A DNA stretch of 48,208 nt, taken from positions 14,847,436 to 14,895,643 of the forward strand of contig NC_068986.1 in NCBI RefSeq assembly GCF_001194135.2, read 5' to 3'. A program made the position numbers and the translations under genes. The notes under the pieces were generated by a model. That model had not been told where the DNA came from. It was given only the letters and a program-made list of their open reading frames with translations, and searched no databases. This DNA is from Octopus bimaculoides (lineage: Eukaryota). Of this stretch, positions 13,170 through 25,254 are shown one piece after another (within the stretch, counting starts at the first letter, position 1; the number at the start of each line of letters is the position of its first letter).

Positions 13170-13315
13170 TACCAAAAATGAAGTAAATTAATAAGTTTAT
13201 TTTTTTAACCTGTGGAAGGTACACTAGATGCTGAAATATCGTTCATTTGATAATGGGACTCCTCTTTTCTTTGCTTCTGTATAACTTCTGGACGAGTCCC
13301 CTCAATCCTATAAAA

Positions 13316-13361
<46 letters not shown>

Positions 13362-13429
13362 GTTGTTGTTGTTGTTGTTGTTGTTGTGGTTGTAATTGTT
13401 GCTGATGTTGTTGTTTTTGTTGTTGTTAT

Positions 13430-13800
13430 TCAGCATTTGGTAGTTTTAGGCAAATTTCTACTGCCTCACATATCCGTGTTGCTGGAGTGTGCGCCACATT
13501 TATGCTCTTTTTTGCTGTTGATAGTGTACAAACTTCCCCCGGTAATATATTGCGTCAGTTTCTTGTCTTTGTTTGTGTTTTCGGCTGGGTGCAATCTTTC
13601 GTTGTATTAGTGTTTGTATTTTGTGTTGTGCGTTGCTAGTGTTGGTTTATTCTATTGGATAATTGCTGTATAGAGTATGCCTTGTGCTTGTGGATCTTGT
13701 TTTGGTTGTAATATTGAATTGATACTGTTTTGTGTAGGACGTAGATTGTCCCTAGCAGCGCTATTATTTGATAGCGTGTGGTATTGCTGTGCTGTTAATA
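13430..13800 (-). pseudogene. Possible highly decayed Penelope-like GIY-YIG remnant
   Basis: Broken frames give GILYTAII, KLTQYI and TRICEAVEI, reminiscent of PLE endonuclease motifs; many stops. Confidence 0.3.
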
Positions 13801-14316
13801 TTATTCCTATCATCATTATGCTTGTTATCATGATCATCATCAACCTCATAATCATAGACAGACAGACAAATAGATAGCAAGATAGACAAATAGATAAACA
13901 GATAGATATATAGACAGATAGTGAGACAGATAGAGAAGATAGACAGACATATACATACATAAATATCTGTATTCTATATTAGTATTTCAAGTGAAACTTA
14001 TAGACACCATGAATTCTTAGAATCGCTCAAAAATACAAATATTGATAAAGGGGTAAATAATAAAACGTAAAAAAAAAAAGACTATCAAATAATTTTCTCT
14101 ACATGTGGCAAGCAATTATTGTTAGTGAAACTGTGTTATGTGTTGTAATGATATACACTATAACCGTGTAGTAATTGCAAATATCATTAGTGTGCAAACT
14201 GTGCACCTGAGAAAGAAAGTTCGGCAGATTATGTGACCAATCATTTAGACTAGAGAAACTGTCGAACCGAAATTTCTCCACACTGGAATCCATAACTCTA
14301 TCTCTCTCTGCCTGTC

Positions 14317-14366
<50 letters not shown>

Positions 14367-14612
14367 CCGTATTTATGTGTGTGCGTATATACACAAATAT
14401 CCCACATGATTTAGGAATAAAGGCGGTTGAATACTGCGTTAAAACATAAAAAAACAGACAGTATTGGAACTCTTTTAAACAAAATAATATATTCCTCTAT
14501 ACACAATCATACCCCCCCCTTTTTTGTATTTATTTTTACTCGCAGATATATATATANNNNNNNNNNNNNNNNNNNNNNNNNNNNNNNNNNNNNNNNNNNN
14601 NNNNNNATATAC

Positions 14613-14800
14613 TTTATTATTAATAAAGCTGAAAAACATCACAGAAATTTCGCAGAAAACTGCTTCTCAGAATTTCCCGTTCCCGTTCATTGGACAGTTT
14701 TGATTGTCTGACAGTTGAAACTGACCGACCAACGAGAACGTGCCACTCTGAATAACATTTTTTGGTGATGTTTTTCCAGCTTTAAAATTAATAATGTATA
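14613..14800. repeat. ~185 bp imperfect palindrome: inverted pair of the HHR-bearing repeat also seen at 24764
   Basis: aaagctgaaaaacatcac (from 14625) versus gtgatgtttttccagcttt (to 14783); inner arms match at about 30 of 45 positions; centre tgtc-t-gaca at 14706-14714. Confidence 0.7.
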
Positions 14801-15299
14801 CTATTCTATCTCCGGCACACGAGTACCCTTCCCCAAAGTTTTTTCACATTTATGTACTGACTTCGGTATATATACATGAGTCACAATGTATTCGATGTTC
14901 ATGTCCCAACGTACAAAAATCCATCAATCTAGAATGTGCATTTAAATATTAATTTACATATCCGAATGAGTAACGGTTAATTAGGAAGTTTTACAAGATA
15001 AACATTATAACTATTAATGTTCAATCTTTCATCTATCCTCGATTTTGGCTTTGCCACATATTGCTAATCCTCTATAAATTTCCACAACTGTATTTATTAC
15101 CAAACCAATAAGAAAAATCTGTAGGTTTTCATTTTTTATTTTATTTTATGTTTTAACATTTATTTTTTTTTAATTCTATCTTTTTAGTTTGATTTTATTT
15201 TTTTTTAATTCTATCTTTTTAGTTTGATTTTATTTTTTGTTCTAAAAATTTTAAAGCATGTTTTTTTCTGTTTTCTAATATATGGTATATCCATGAATT

Positions 15300-15507
15300 T
15301 GTGTGTCTGTGTTTGTCCCCCCAACATCGCTTGACAACCGATGCTGGTGTGTTTACGTCCCCGTAACTTAGCGGTTCGACAAAAGAGACCGATAGAATAA
15401 GCACTAGGCATCCAAAGAATAAGTCCTGGGGTCGATTTGCTCGACTAAAGGCGGTGCTCCAGCATGGCCGCAGTCAAATGACTGAAAGAAGTAAAAGAGT
15501 AAAGAGT
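15300..15507 (+). mobile_element. SINE family B, 3' half (well preserved)
   Basis: tgtttgtccccccaacatcgcttgacaaccgatgctggtgtgtttacgtccccgtaacttagcggttcg...gtcaaatgactgaaagaagtaaaagag, near-identical to the 26405 and 28612 copies. Confidence 0.85.
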
Positions 15508-15774
15508 AAGTGTAACCCAATTAGTTACTATATATAGCTTTTAACTTCTTTAACTGACTAATACTCAGTATGCATCCTGCAAAAGCAAAATAATAATCTA
15601 AGTTCCATAACCTCATAATTAAGCCTCAAGAAATCCTGCCCTCTTATAGTTAGAATATGATATCTTCCTTAGCATTTAATCAAATGCTTAGACCTTCTCA
15701 TCAGCTAGGTGATAGGAGTGAAACATATATGTAGGTTCTATTATTTTATTTTATGAGCTTTACAACTTGTTTTA

Positions 15775-16190
15775 TAACATAGGTTTTCTTCCAAGTATCC
15801 CAATACTGAGTTCACAAATACTGGAGCAAATCGCGTCCCCATAGCTGTGCCTCGAAACAAGGTATAGTTTTTGTTTCGTTGAAAAGGAATGTATTGTTTT
15901 CGAGGATGAGGCTGACCGTATCTAGTACGAATGTTACAATAAATCTACTGGGGATCGCTTCTCTATGTTTCTCGACCCAATATTTTATGGCAGTATTTCC
16001 CAAATCATGTAGAACGTTCGTATATAAGTTTGTTACAGTGAATTGGATTATGTTGTTTTGAGCAGATGTGTGAGGAAATCGACGTCTTCCCGAATGAAGC
16101 TGGGTATGTGACTACATAGTGGTTTTAGGATAATGTCAAGGAGGTTGTTCAAACGATGTGTAGGATAGGCTGGATCAGCTATAATAGGTA
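15775..16190 (-). pseudogene. Penelope-like element reverse transcriptase fragment
   Basis: PIIADPAYPTHRLNNLLDIILKPL..SFIREDVDFL / VTNLYTNVLHDLG..AIKYW..LILENNTFLFN / RGTAMGTRFAPVFVNSVLGYLEE, diagnostic PLE RT motifs with frameshifts and stops. Confidence 0.85.
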
Positions 16191-17004
16191 TATACCTATA
16201 TGTTCCTTTTGTACCAAGAATGGAAATTTTAAGATCTTTCCATTCTTACACACATACCAACTGATTCAATCAAATTTTCAATCATATTAGACTATTTTGT
16301 TGTACATAAATGAATGTAGATGTACTGACACCTCACAGAGGTAGATAAATGCGCTTCGGATCTTTGAAATACAGGGAACCAAACCGAACTCCTTTACATA
16401 ACAACACACACATACACACACATATGTATATATATATATATATGTATGTATATATATATATGTGTGTGTGTGTACATGTGCACGGGCATGTGTGTGTGTG
16501 TATGTGTGTGTTGTATGTGTCTGTCAAATTTCCGAGGAGATGAAGGGAAAAGGAGAGGAAAGAAAATATAGAATATGTACAGATTGCCATAATCACGGTG
16601 ACAGCAACTAAGACTTATAATTACTTAAACAGAAACAGAATATGACAAATCTAATAGAAAAAGTGGACAACACAGTTAACAGGAGAAGTATGTTGGTATC
16701 AACAGACANNNNNNNNNNNNNNNNNNNNNNNNNNNNNNNNNNNNNNNNNNNNNNNNNNNNNNNNNNNNNNNNNNNNNNNNNNNNNNNNNNNNNNNNNNNN
16801 NNNNNNNNNNNNNNNNNNNNNNNNNNNNNNNNNNNNNNNNNNNNNNNNNNNNNNNNNNNNNNNNNNNNNNNNNNNNNNNNNNNNNNNNNNNNNNNNNNNN
16901 NNNNNNNNNNNNNNNNNNNNNNNNNNNNNNNNNNNNNNNNNNNNNNNNNNNNNNNNNNNNNNNNNNNNNNNNNNATATATATATATATATATATATATGC
17001 ATAC

Positions 17005-17054
<50 letters not shown>

Positions 17055-17689
17055 ATATATATATGTGTGTGTGTGTACATGTGCACGGGCATGTGTGTGT
17101 GTGTATGTGTGTGTTGTATGTGTCTGTCAAATTTCCGAGGAGATGAAGGGAAAAGGAGAGGAAAGAAAATATAGAATATGTACAGATTGCCATAATCACG
17201 GTGACAGCAACTAAGACTTATAATTACTTAAACAGAAACAGAATATGACAAATCTAATAGAAAAAGTGGACAACACAGTTAACAGGAGAAGTATGTTGGT
17301 ATCAACAGACAAATCACTGTGTAAACAAGTCTAAAGAAAGTGGTTTAGACAATAATCAGTGCCATCATAAAAGATATAAATTTCTGTTAGTTTATTATCA
17401 AAATTTAGAAAGCGTTGTTATACATCTGTTATAAAGCTACGAATCGAACGAGTATAATTTACAGAGAAAGAAAAAAAAAGAACCAATATTCCCAATAAAA
17501 AGAAAATAAACAAAACCATGAATCACAACTTTTCTCTTAACCGATATTTTCTCATTGCTATATAAATAAAATAAATCAATTAAAATCATAATTAAGTAGA
17601 TAGGTCATATCACTAATATAATGATTCAAATTTATGGGGAGTATTAAGAATGTGTTAAAAGAGCCTCCGTTCCTATAGAAAGAGGGATT

Positions 17690-17699
17690 ATTGTTATTG

Positions 17700-17746
<47 letters not shown>

Positions 17747-17775
17747 GTTGTTGTTGTTGTTGTCGTTGTTGTTGC

Positions 17776-17856
<81 letters not shown>
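17690..17856. repeat. (TTA)n/(TTG)n microsatellite
   Basis: Long trinucleotide run; explains the poly-L and poly-N ORFs. Confidence 0.95.
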
Positions 17857-18149
17857 NNNNNNNNNNNNNNNNNNNNNNNNNNNNNNNNNNNNNNNNNNNN
17901 NNNNNNNNNNNNNNNNNNNNNNNNNNNNNNNNNNNNNNNNNNNNNNNNNNNNNNNNNNNNNNNNNNNNNNNNNNNNNNNNNNNNNNNNNNNNNNNNNNNN
18001 NNNNNNNNNNNNNNNNNNNNNNNNTATATATATATATATATATTATTGGGTTGGCATCTAGTCCCCGCTGTTTTTTAAAACTTTGGAATTTATTGCGTTT
18101 GGAGAGGAAGGGAGTCCATACATATACATATATGTACGTAGATGTATTT

Positions 18150-18545
18150 TCTGTATAAAAGGGAGAAGCATAAATTATATGCAAGGTCAAAACCATGGAT
18201 CCCATCGCTGAAACAAATACATATATCGAATTGACAGGCAACTCTTATAAGGAAAGATTCACATAACACCTGGCGACATTGAAGGCCAAAATAAAAGACA
18301 TACGACATCTCTGTCCAATACTATATGGACAGTGAAAGAAACAGGTGTAAACAACTCCATTTAACATGGAACATTATTGCTAAACACAGAAAATATATTA
18401 GGGACGAGTTACCGAATGTGAAGTATGTATGACTGAAAAATAAATATCACCCTCTCTAGATATAACGCTTTAAGCATTAGGGATAGAACCTTCTCTCCTT
18501 GCATACACAAGCAATGTTTTACACTCCGGCATTTCAAAGAGGATA
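18150..18545 (+). pseudogene. Penelope-like GIY-YIG endonuclease C-terminal remnant
   Basis: Across frameshifts: IICKVKT..TYIELTGNSYKERF, TSLSNTIWTVKETG, WNIIAK, CEVCMTEK, PCIHK. The order matches PLE endonuclease ends (YIG..F..R..H / LS.YIW.LK / W.I / C.LC..EK / C.H). Confidence 0.7.
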
Positions 18546-21419
18546 CACTACCCACTCCGCCAATCCCACCACTATTGTTTCTTTCCTTGAACCTGAACAT
18601 TGAATATATATAACATACGAACTCCACACATAGAAATGCATGCCACCTCTGATGAAATCTCTCAGCATACACACATACGAGCATCACATATACCCAGAAT
18701 ATAATTGCTATAATGCAAACAAAGTCACCATCCACCACGGTTTTTGTTTTTCCAAAATTCAAACCCAAGGGAAATAATCACTCAGAAGATGATATCCAAG
18801 TACGGTGCCACTTGAATCTTCGTTTCCTGTAGGAGACTTCTTTCTGAATTTCTGATATTTTTTCTTTGTTTTTTTTTTCATCCAAAATAAAAACTAACAC
18901 CATTCCTGTATATGATGGTCTTGAAATATTGTTAAAATATTAAGATGTTTTACCGGGCAGGAAACCAATGGTAACCTTAACACAAATATAGAAATTTTAC
19001 CAACAAATTCGGTGTTGAGCACTTATTCTCACTGTGCGATGTTTACGTATATATACATAACACATTCTATTTCCGAACGAGTCTGGTGAACGAAACACCA
19101 TAAACATGCTATGTGTAATAGAAAAGTTCTAAAACGACAACGGATATTAATGGATGGGTTGTTGCTTCTATTTCGATCTTATTTTGTGTAATAGGTAAGT
19201 GAAATGGAACCATTAACATTTAGATTGAGACTGTTAGATTTTAAAAATGAGGATCTGACACTATCTTGAAAAAATATAAAAGCAAGCAGAAGATACAGTT
19301 CTATGGAAATATGCTGTGTGTTATGTAGGAATTGAATGAATTCTGAAAGAGTTTAAATTAACTTCAAAATGTATTGAAAATTGGTTTTCCTATAAAAGCA
19401 ATTAGTATGAAATACATTATATAGAATTACTACAAAAGGATCAACCGTTAAAATGCGATTACAAAAAAAAATTCACGTGTGTGGAAGAATGGAAGTAATG
19501 TATATAAAACTATTGATATAAACGTATTAAAGAGAATCCTGACAATCATGAATGCAAACATTGTGTGAGATGGTAAGATTGTGTATTGGTGTAATTGAGA
19601 GTATCCCTGCGTTCTAAAAGTTTAGTTACCGATCGGAAATTTGCATTTCATACAATATATATATATATATATATATATANNNNNNNNNNNNNNNNNNNNN
19701 NNNNNNNNNNNNNNNNNNNNNNNNNNNNNNNNNNNNNNNNNNNNNNNNNNNNNNNNNNNNNNNNNNNNNNNNNNNNNNNNNNNNNNNNNNNNNNNNNNNN
19801 NNNNNNNNNNNNNNNNNNNNNNNNNNNNNNNNNNNNNNNNNNNNNNNNNNNNNNNNNNNNNNNNNNNNNNNNNNNNNNNNNNNNNNNNNNNNNNNNNNNN
19901 NNNNNNNNNNNNNNNNNNNNNNNNNNNNNNNNNNNNNNNNNNNNNNNNNNNNNNNNNNNNNNNNNNNNNNNNNNNNNNNNNNNNNNNNNNNTATATATAT
20001 ATATATATGTATATATATATGTTACGCTTACAAACACAAGCACACACTACACATATATTTAATGTTAATATCTGTTGTTTATTTCTAGATTTGAATATAA
20101 GCTGTGACCTGCAAATACATAGATAACAAACGAAGATTTTGTTTTTAATCTCGAAACACACCAAATGACATGTACGAAAACAATAAACCTTCACAGAAAT
20201 GTACGGATCATGAAGAGAAGGACAGAAATTTATAAAGATTAACTTGACAAATATCTTAATATCTTTCAACAAGATTGTACAGAATTTACAATGACTAGAT
20301 GGTTTGAAGTCTAATTATTTCCAATATTTCAATCACATCTGAAACCAAGATTTCTTAATTCTTATTTCACTCTTATTGATATAAATCTATATTTCTTCAT
20401 ATGCTGCTTGTACATTGTTTTGTCAAATAAATTTCTTCGTCATCTTTTTAGTCATTTTAATCCTTCCGAATAGTATTTGAATTAACACGAAAACTACGTG
20501 TGCTTCATACTCTTTTAGTAGCTCAATTTTCCATCTACAACTGGTTTACCGTTGTTGAAATTTGAACAAATTTCTTTTCAGAAATTTGATTATGGAATGC
20601 CAAATACATTTTTAAAATGATTAAACTCATGTAATCATTTTTTTTCCTTACTTCACAACGGGAATAAATGTATTTAAATATACATTGATAAAATCACTTC
20701 ACGATCTTGAACTCTTGGAATCATTCTTTCTGCACAAATTCTTGTACCAGCTTCTTTTTATCTAAACCTGCTATCGATTCAACCGTGTGTTTGGATTCAC
20801 AATAAATTTAGTGAATTCTGTCAAATACATGCATAATCTTAAATGCTAGCTTCGTTTAACACTATATCAGGCTCAATTCGCTACATAATAAATTAATCGT
20901 ACAACTATTCGTAGAATACCGAACCATGCATACCGTATTTCAATGATCTGTTACTTTAGCTGATCAATTGTCTGGAAAACATTTGACGGAAGACAAGTAT
21001 TATAGACTGAACAATCGTAGCTCTGGGTATAAATCGTCCGGGGTTAGTGCCATTTGCGTAGTCTTTAGTTTCGCTTGAATTGGATTTTTTCGGAACCGGG
21101 TTTTTACGTGAATCCAGCAGAAAGTGTTATTCGACACGTGCTATTGTAAAATAAATGCATTGTGGCCTTTTTTGAATCCGACAACAGTATTTGATCATCG
21201 TTCATTTTGTAGTTATCTTATTTTAGCGTTGGTTATGATACCCAATGGAGAAGAGAGGAACCTGTGCTATTCAAAATGACGGACCCAGGAACTAATCAGT
21301 ATGGATCTTACAGAGCGTGTTACTTCGTTCTCCATGACAAAACTAAGACAATTCGAGAACAGATCGATGCCAATGTTACAATTATAAGCAACTATTAATA
21401 AAAGAATAACCACCCTTGA

Positions 21420-21559
21420 CACGCTCAAATTCCGACGAGGTCAACTTTGCCTTTCATCCGTTTGGGATCGATGAATTAAGTACCAGTTAAATAGTGGGGT
21501 CGATGTAATCGACTTACCATCTCCCAACAAATTGGAGGCTTGTGCCTCCAGTAGAAAAG

Positions 21560-21561
<2 letters not shown>
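21420..21561 (+). mobile_element. SINE family A, 5'-truncated, with (TTA)n tail
   Basis: ctcaaattccgacgaggtcaactttgcctttcatccgtttgggatcgatgaattaagtaccag...gtgcctccagtagaaaagg followed by (tta)n. Confidence 0.8.
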
Positions 21562-21634
<73 letters not shown>

Positions 21635-21679
21635 ATTGTTATTATTATTATTATTATTTTTATTATCATCATTATTATT

Positions 21680-22093
21680 ATTATTATCATTAAGTGAGAG
21701 AGCAGTGCATGTCATCAAAGTGACACTGGGGTAAAATACACGAGACCCAGTATATCCATCACGACTACACGTCTGATTAGGGTACACCAAGCACATGAAT
21801 TACAAACATATGTGCGTGATATAGTGATCTCAGACCAAGATAAACAGCGCAGGTGGGTCCTAGTTAGAATTTTCTTCAGTTCGAGTAGCCTATCCCTGTC
21901 AAAAGGGTCTGAATAAGGGTTGTTTAAGGTTGCCGAACGAAACACCCATGTTTCCAAAGGTGCGTTATCAAAACCCCAAAGAAGTCCTCTAAACAGATGG
22001 CTATAATGCTCTCCCACTACTTCTGCTCATGATCAGAGATGTACATATCGTCAACCGCTAAGTGACACGTTTAACTGTTTAAGGTCAAACAAC
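21680..22093 (-). mobile_element. Non-coding interspersed retro-repeat (SINE body or LINE 3' UTR) ending in a (TAA)n tail
   Basis: Minus strand ends ...gtcactttgatgacatgcactgctctctcacttaatgataataat and is cut at its 5' side by the 22094 unit. Family recognised only from recall. Confidence 0.5.
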
Positions 22094-22424
22094 TGAAATA
22101 CAGAGTGAAGTGGAGGAACAATATATTTACGTATCTCGCGTCTGTTTTCATTCCTCCACTTCACTCTGTATTTCATATCTTCTCTATAACAACCATTTCT
22201 TCTCTGATGAAGGGATATATAAAATATTCTGGAAAAAGCTGTAAGACCTCCTCTTTATAAATGCTCTGAAAACTTTCACAGCCTTGGATTTTTTTATCTC
22301 ATTCTTTTAATTATATNNNNNNNNNNNNNNNNNNNNNNNNNNNNNNNNNNNNNNNNNNNNNNNNNNNNNNNNNNNNNNNNNNNNNNNNNNNNNNNTCCGT
22401 TTTCATTCCTCCACTTCACTCTGT
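22094..22424 (+). mobile_element. PLE-type or retrozyme-like unit with 26-bp terminal direct repeat, inverted 5' end and degenerate HHR
   Basis: gttttcattcctccacttcactctgt identical at 22144-22169 and 22399-22424; perfect 25-bp inverted repeat at 22094-22118/22151-22175; CTGATGA...GAAA at 22204-22235. Confidence 0.6.
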
Positions 22425-22721
22425 TTTAGGTTTTGAGAAGCCTAATTTCTCAAGATTGGTGTTTAGGCTGTGTGTTACATATCCCTGGGCCCAAATAATT
22501 ACAGGTATAAACCTGAACTTATAGTCTGGATAGAGTAACTGCAGATTTCTTAATAGTTCAGCATAAGTGTTCTCTTTTTCACTGATCTTCAGTTTTATGT
22601 TAACATCCGATGGGCAACTAATTTCCACAACTGTGCACGGTGTCTCTTCTCTCTCCCAAAGCATAATATCATTTCTACTGTGCTTACATTTTATTGAGGT
22701 CTTGACGGGGATATTTCGCCA
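22425..22721 (-). mobile_element. 5'-truncated RLE non-LTR retrotransposon fragment (R4-like), starting at a (CATA)n repeat
   Basis: [22 protein letters not shown]...CTVVEISCPSDVNI..K.SEKENTYAELLRNLQLLYPDYKFRFIPVII, an RLE fold (RPD-like..VE..P..K..Y) in an open frame. Confidence 0.85.
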
Positions 22722-22723
22722 TG

Positions 22724-22757
<34 letters not shown>

Positions 22758-22800
22758 TGTATGTGTGTATGTGTGTATGTATGTATGCATGTATGTATGT

Positions 22801-22965
22801 CTATTTTTATTTCAAGATTCCATGCCAATAGACAAAGAGTCGATTTCTAACGTGTATGCATGTATAAGAGTCAATAGCATGTTTGCTTTCAGGTATGTAT
22901 ATTCATATATATAGTTGCATATCTAGACATGTTCATATATATTTAAATGATAACCTTCTGGAGTG
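22801..22965 (-). mobile_element. Short 3'-terminal LINE fragment with (CATA)n tail
   Basis: ctccagaaggttatcattTAA (stop at 22943-22945), ~140 bp UTR ending gaaataaaaataga, then (cata)n; (cata)n also on its 5' side. Confidence 0.55.
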
Positions 22966-23579
22966 TCATGTGTATGTATGTATGTATGTATGTGTTTACG
23001 TATGTAGATAGGTAGGTACGGAAATATGTATGTATCATAATTTTAAAAGTATTCGATCACATTAAAGAAAGTATGTCTCAACTTAGAAGAATCAAACTGA
23101 TAAATTTATTTAGTAAATGACCAAAGGGAAGCGAGTTCTAACGATTCGGACATAGCATGGTAATTTCAGAAATTTAGAATTTCAGGATTTCAGAGAAAAG
23201 TCTTAGACTTAATTCCGTCGTTATTTATTTTGTCATTCAGCAATAGAACTAAATATTTCTAAGCCATTAGAAATACAATTTAAACATGAATATCTCTTGT
23301 TAGCATCTGCTACAAGAATAGCTGGTAATCTAATGGCATAAAATGGACTTTTCAAGATGACCGCTAAATGGTATTCCATATTCGAAATTGCATATCAGAC
23401 CATTAATACAGTATTTATTGCTCGTTGCTCATTTTCACGGAGGGTTGAAGTCGTATGAATGCCTGATTATATCCTGTAACTCAGCTTCCTTCATCCAATA
23501 AAATTTAACTTCTGCTTAATTTCCCTTTACAAATTTCATCGACCCTCCTCTCACTCCTCCTTCTCTACCAACCTCACAC

Positions 23580-23899
23580 CTCCACGTCTAATCATGTTTA
23601 TTTCACTTTCACTTTCACTTCTTTGTCTCTCTCTCTCTCCTTCTGTAATGCTCTCTCTCTCTGCAGGTCCTTCTACGCTGCACTCACCCCTTCTCTCTCT
23701 ATATTTCTCTCTATATGTTGCTTTCTCTTTCTCTCTTTGTTTCTCTCTCTCCCTCCCCCTTTGTAACTCTCTATCCTTCTGTCGATCTCTCTCTCTCTCT
23801 GTTGCTTCCTCACTCTCTCTGTTGCTCTGTTTCTCTCTTTGTTGCTCTTACTCTCTCTGTCGCTCTCTCTCTCTCACTCTCTTCATCTCTCTCTGTATT

Positions 23900-23933
<34 letters not shown>

Positions 23934-24030
23934 GCGTTCTCTCTCCCTCTCTGCGTTGCTTTCTCTCTCTTTCTTTCTTACACTATTCCCCCACCTCTAT
24001 CTCTGCCTCTATCTCTTCTCCTTTCTCGCA
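23580..24030. repeat. Degenerate (CT)n polypyrimidine tract
   Basis: About 450 bp of interrupted CT repeats; explains the Ser/Leu-rich ORFs. Confidence 0.9.
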
Positions 24031-24654
24031 TATAAACAAAGACACACAGAGACGCATACAAACAGGACCATACACATACAGACTCTCGAACGAACAGATA
24101 TTCGCACACAAACCCGCACGCTCTTTATTTCATCTCGTGCTTTCTCTTTTCTCACAAATTACTCGCTGAAACTACTTGAATGAAGAAACGAAATATTTCT
24201 TCATTTCTTCTCCCGCCTTATAATTCTCGTTTCCATTACCTTTCATCTGTCTATCTATAAATTCCAAATTTTCTCTCTGTTTGTCTTTCTCTCTCTATCT
24301 TCCTCCATCTTACTTTCTGTTCCTCTCAATCAACTTCTAAACTTCTCCATATTCCTTTCATATTTCCATTTGCATTTCACAAGGTTTTCGTTCTCATTCT
24401 TTATCTTCGTCTAATTTAATACTAATCTTTTTATCATTAGTCTTCCATTCTTTCATTATCTTTCTTCCACTAATCTATTCTCTACTTCTATCAAATCTGT
24501 TTCTTTCATTCTTAATCTTTCCGATTTTCTTTCACTCCTACAAAGCTCAGATATCAGTAGCTCTTTCTGTCGTTCTTAATCATCTAACTTACTGTGTTTA
24601 AGCATAAACTTCCATTGCCCAACATGATATTTTTCCTAGGAATCTCCCTCCCTT

Positions 24655-24850
24655 AAATGTGAAACAAGGAGAAAAACAAGTACTCAAATACCAGAGGTGA
24701 AGAAAAGAGTGCTCAAATACCAGAGGTAGAGTAAGTTGCTTTTTGAAAAGCAACAGAAAATATAACAAAAGCTGTTACTCAGAGTTTCACTTTCCCGTTC
24801 ATCGGACAGTTTTGTTCAAATAGAACAGTAAAAACGATATAATCAAAACT
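24655..24850 (-). mobile_element. Short repeat carrying an HHR-like fold
   Basis: HHR at 24764-24816 plus a 19-bp near-perfect direct repeat gt(a/g)ctcaaataccagaggt at 24680-24698 and 24709-24727; homologous to both arms of the 14613 palindrome. Confidence 0.6.
24764..24816 (-). ncRNA. Type I hammerhead ribozyme-like motif, U4C core variant
   Basis: Minus strand AACAAAACTGT-CCGATGA-AC-GGGAAA-GT-GAAA-CTCTGAG-T-A-ACAGCTTTTGTT: 11-bp stem I with one bulge, short stem II, near-palindromic stem III, GUA cleavage triplet. Confidence 0.6.
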
Positions 24851-25254
24851 AGTTAAAGGATACACCTATAGAAATGGATTTGTTTCATTGGTCCTTTCCC
24901 TTAACGGTCTTAAGCATGCAATGAGCAAAACAAAACCCAAAAAATGAATAAATGAATTCAATAAAAACTCATCCTATTATAAAAATCGAGGAAAACCTTA
25001 AATCGCAGAGCGGATTCAAAATACATATTGTGAATAATTATATACGAAATATAAATCAATTAATACATTAAAATTGAAATTAAAATTTTCATGTTGCATT
25101 ACATAAATATTTTACAACAGTATATACACATACTAGACCATCTAAAATATGCACACACACACATATATANNNNNNNNNNNNNNNNNNNNNNNNNNNNNNN
25201 NNNNNNNNNNNNNNNNNNNNNNNNNNNNNNNNNNNATATATATATATATATATA

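Noticed and set aside
15165-15240. About 36-bp T-rich tandem duplication
   Set aside because: Ordinary slippage duplication in low-complexity DNA.
16430-17311. About 270-bp identical direct duplication (16430-16708 and 17033-17311) on either side of an N gap
   Set aside because: Apparently identical and ending exactly at the contig edge; most likely an unmerged overlap or haplotype artefact.
20060-20820. AT-rich segment with faint piggyBac-transposase-like words on the minus strand (FRTCH, YSNLEI)
   Set aside because: Motif spacing is inconsistent and there are many stops; not supportable without a profile-HMM search.
21790-21890. Minus-strand peptide ELKKILTRTHLRCLS resembling an R4 C-terminus
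   Set aside because: No upstream RLE motifs; better explained as part of a single non-coding repeat at 21680-22093.
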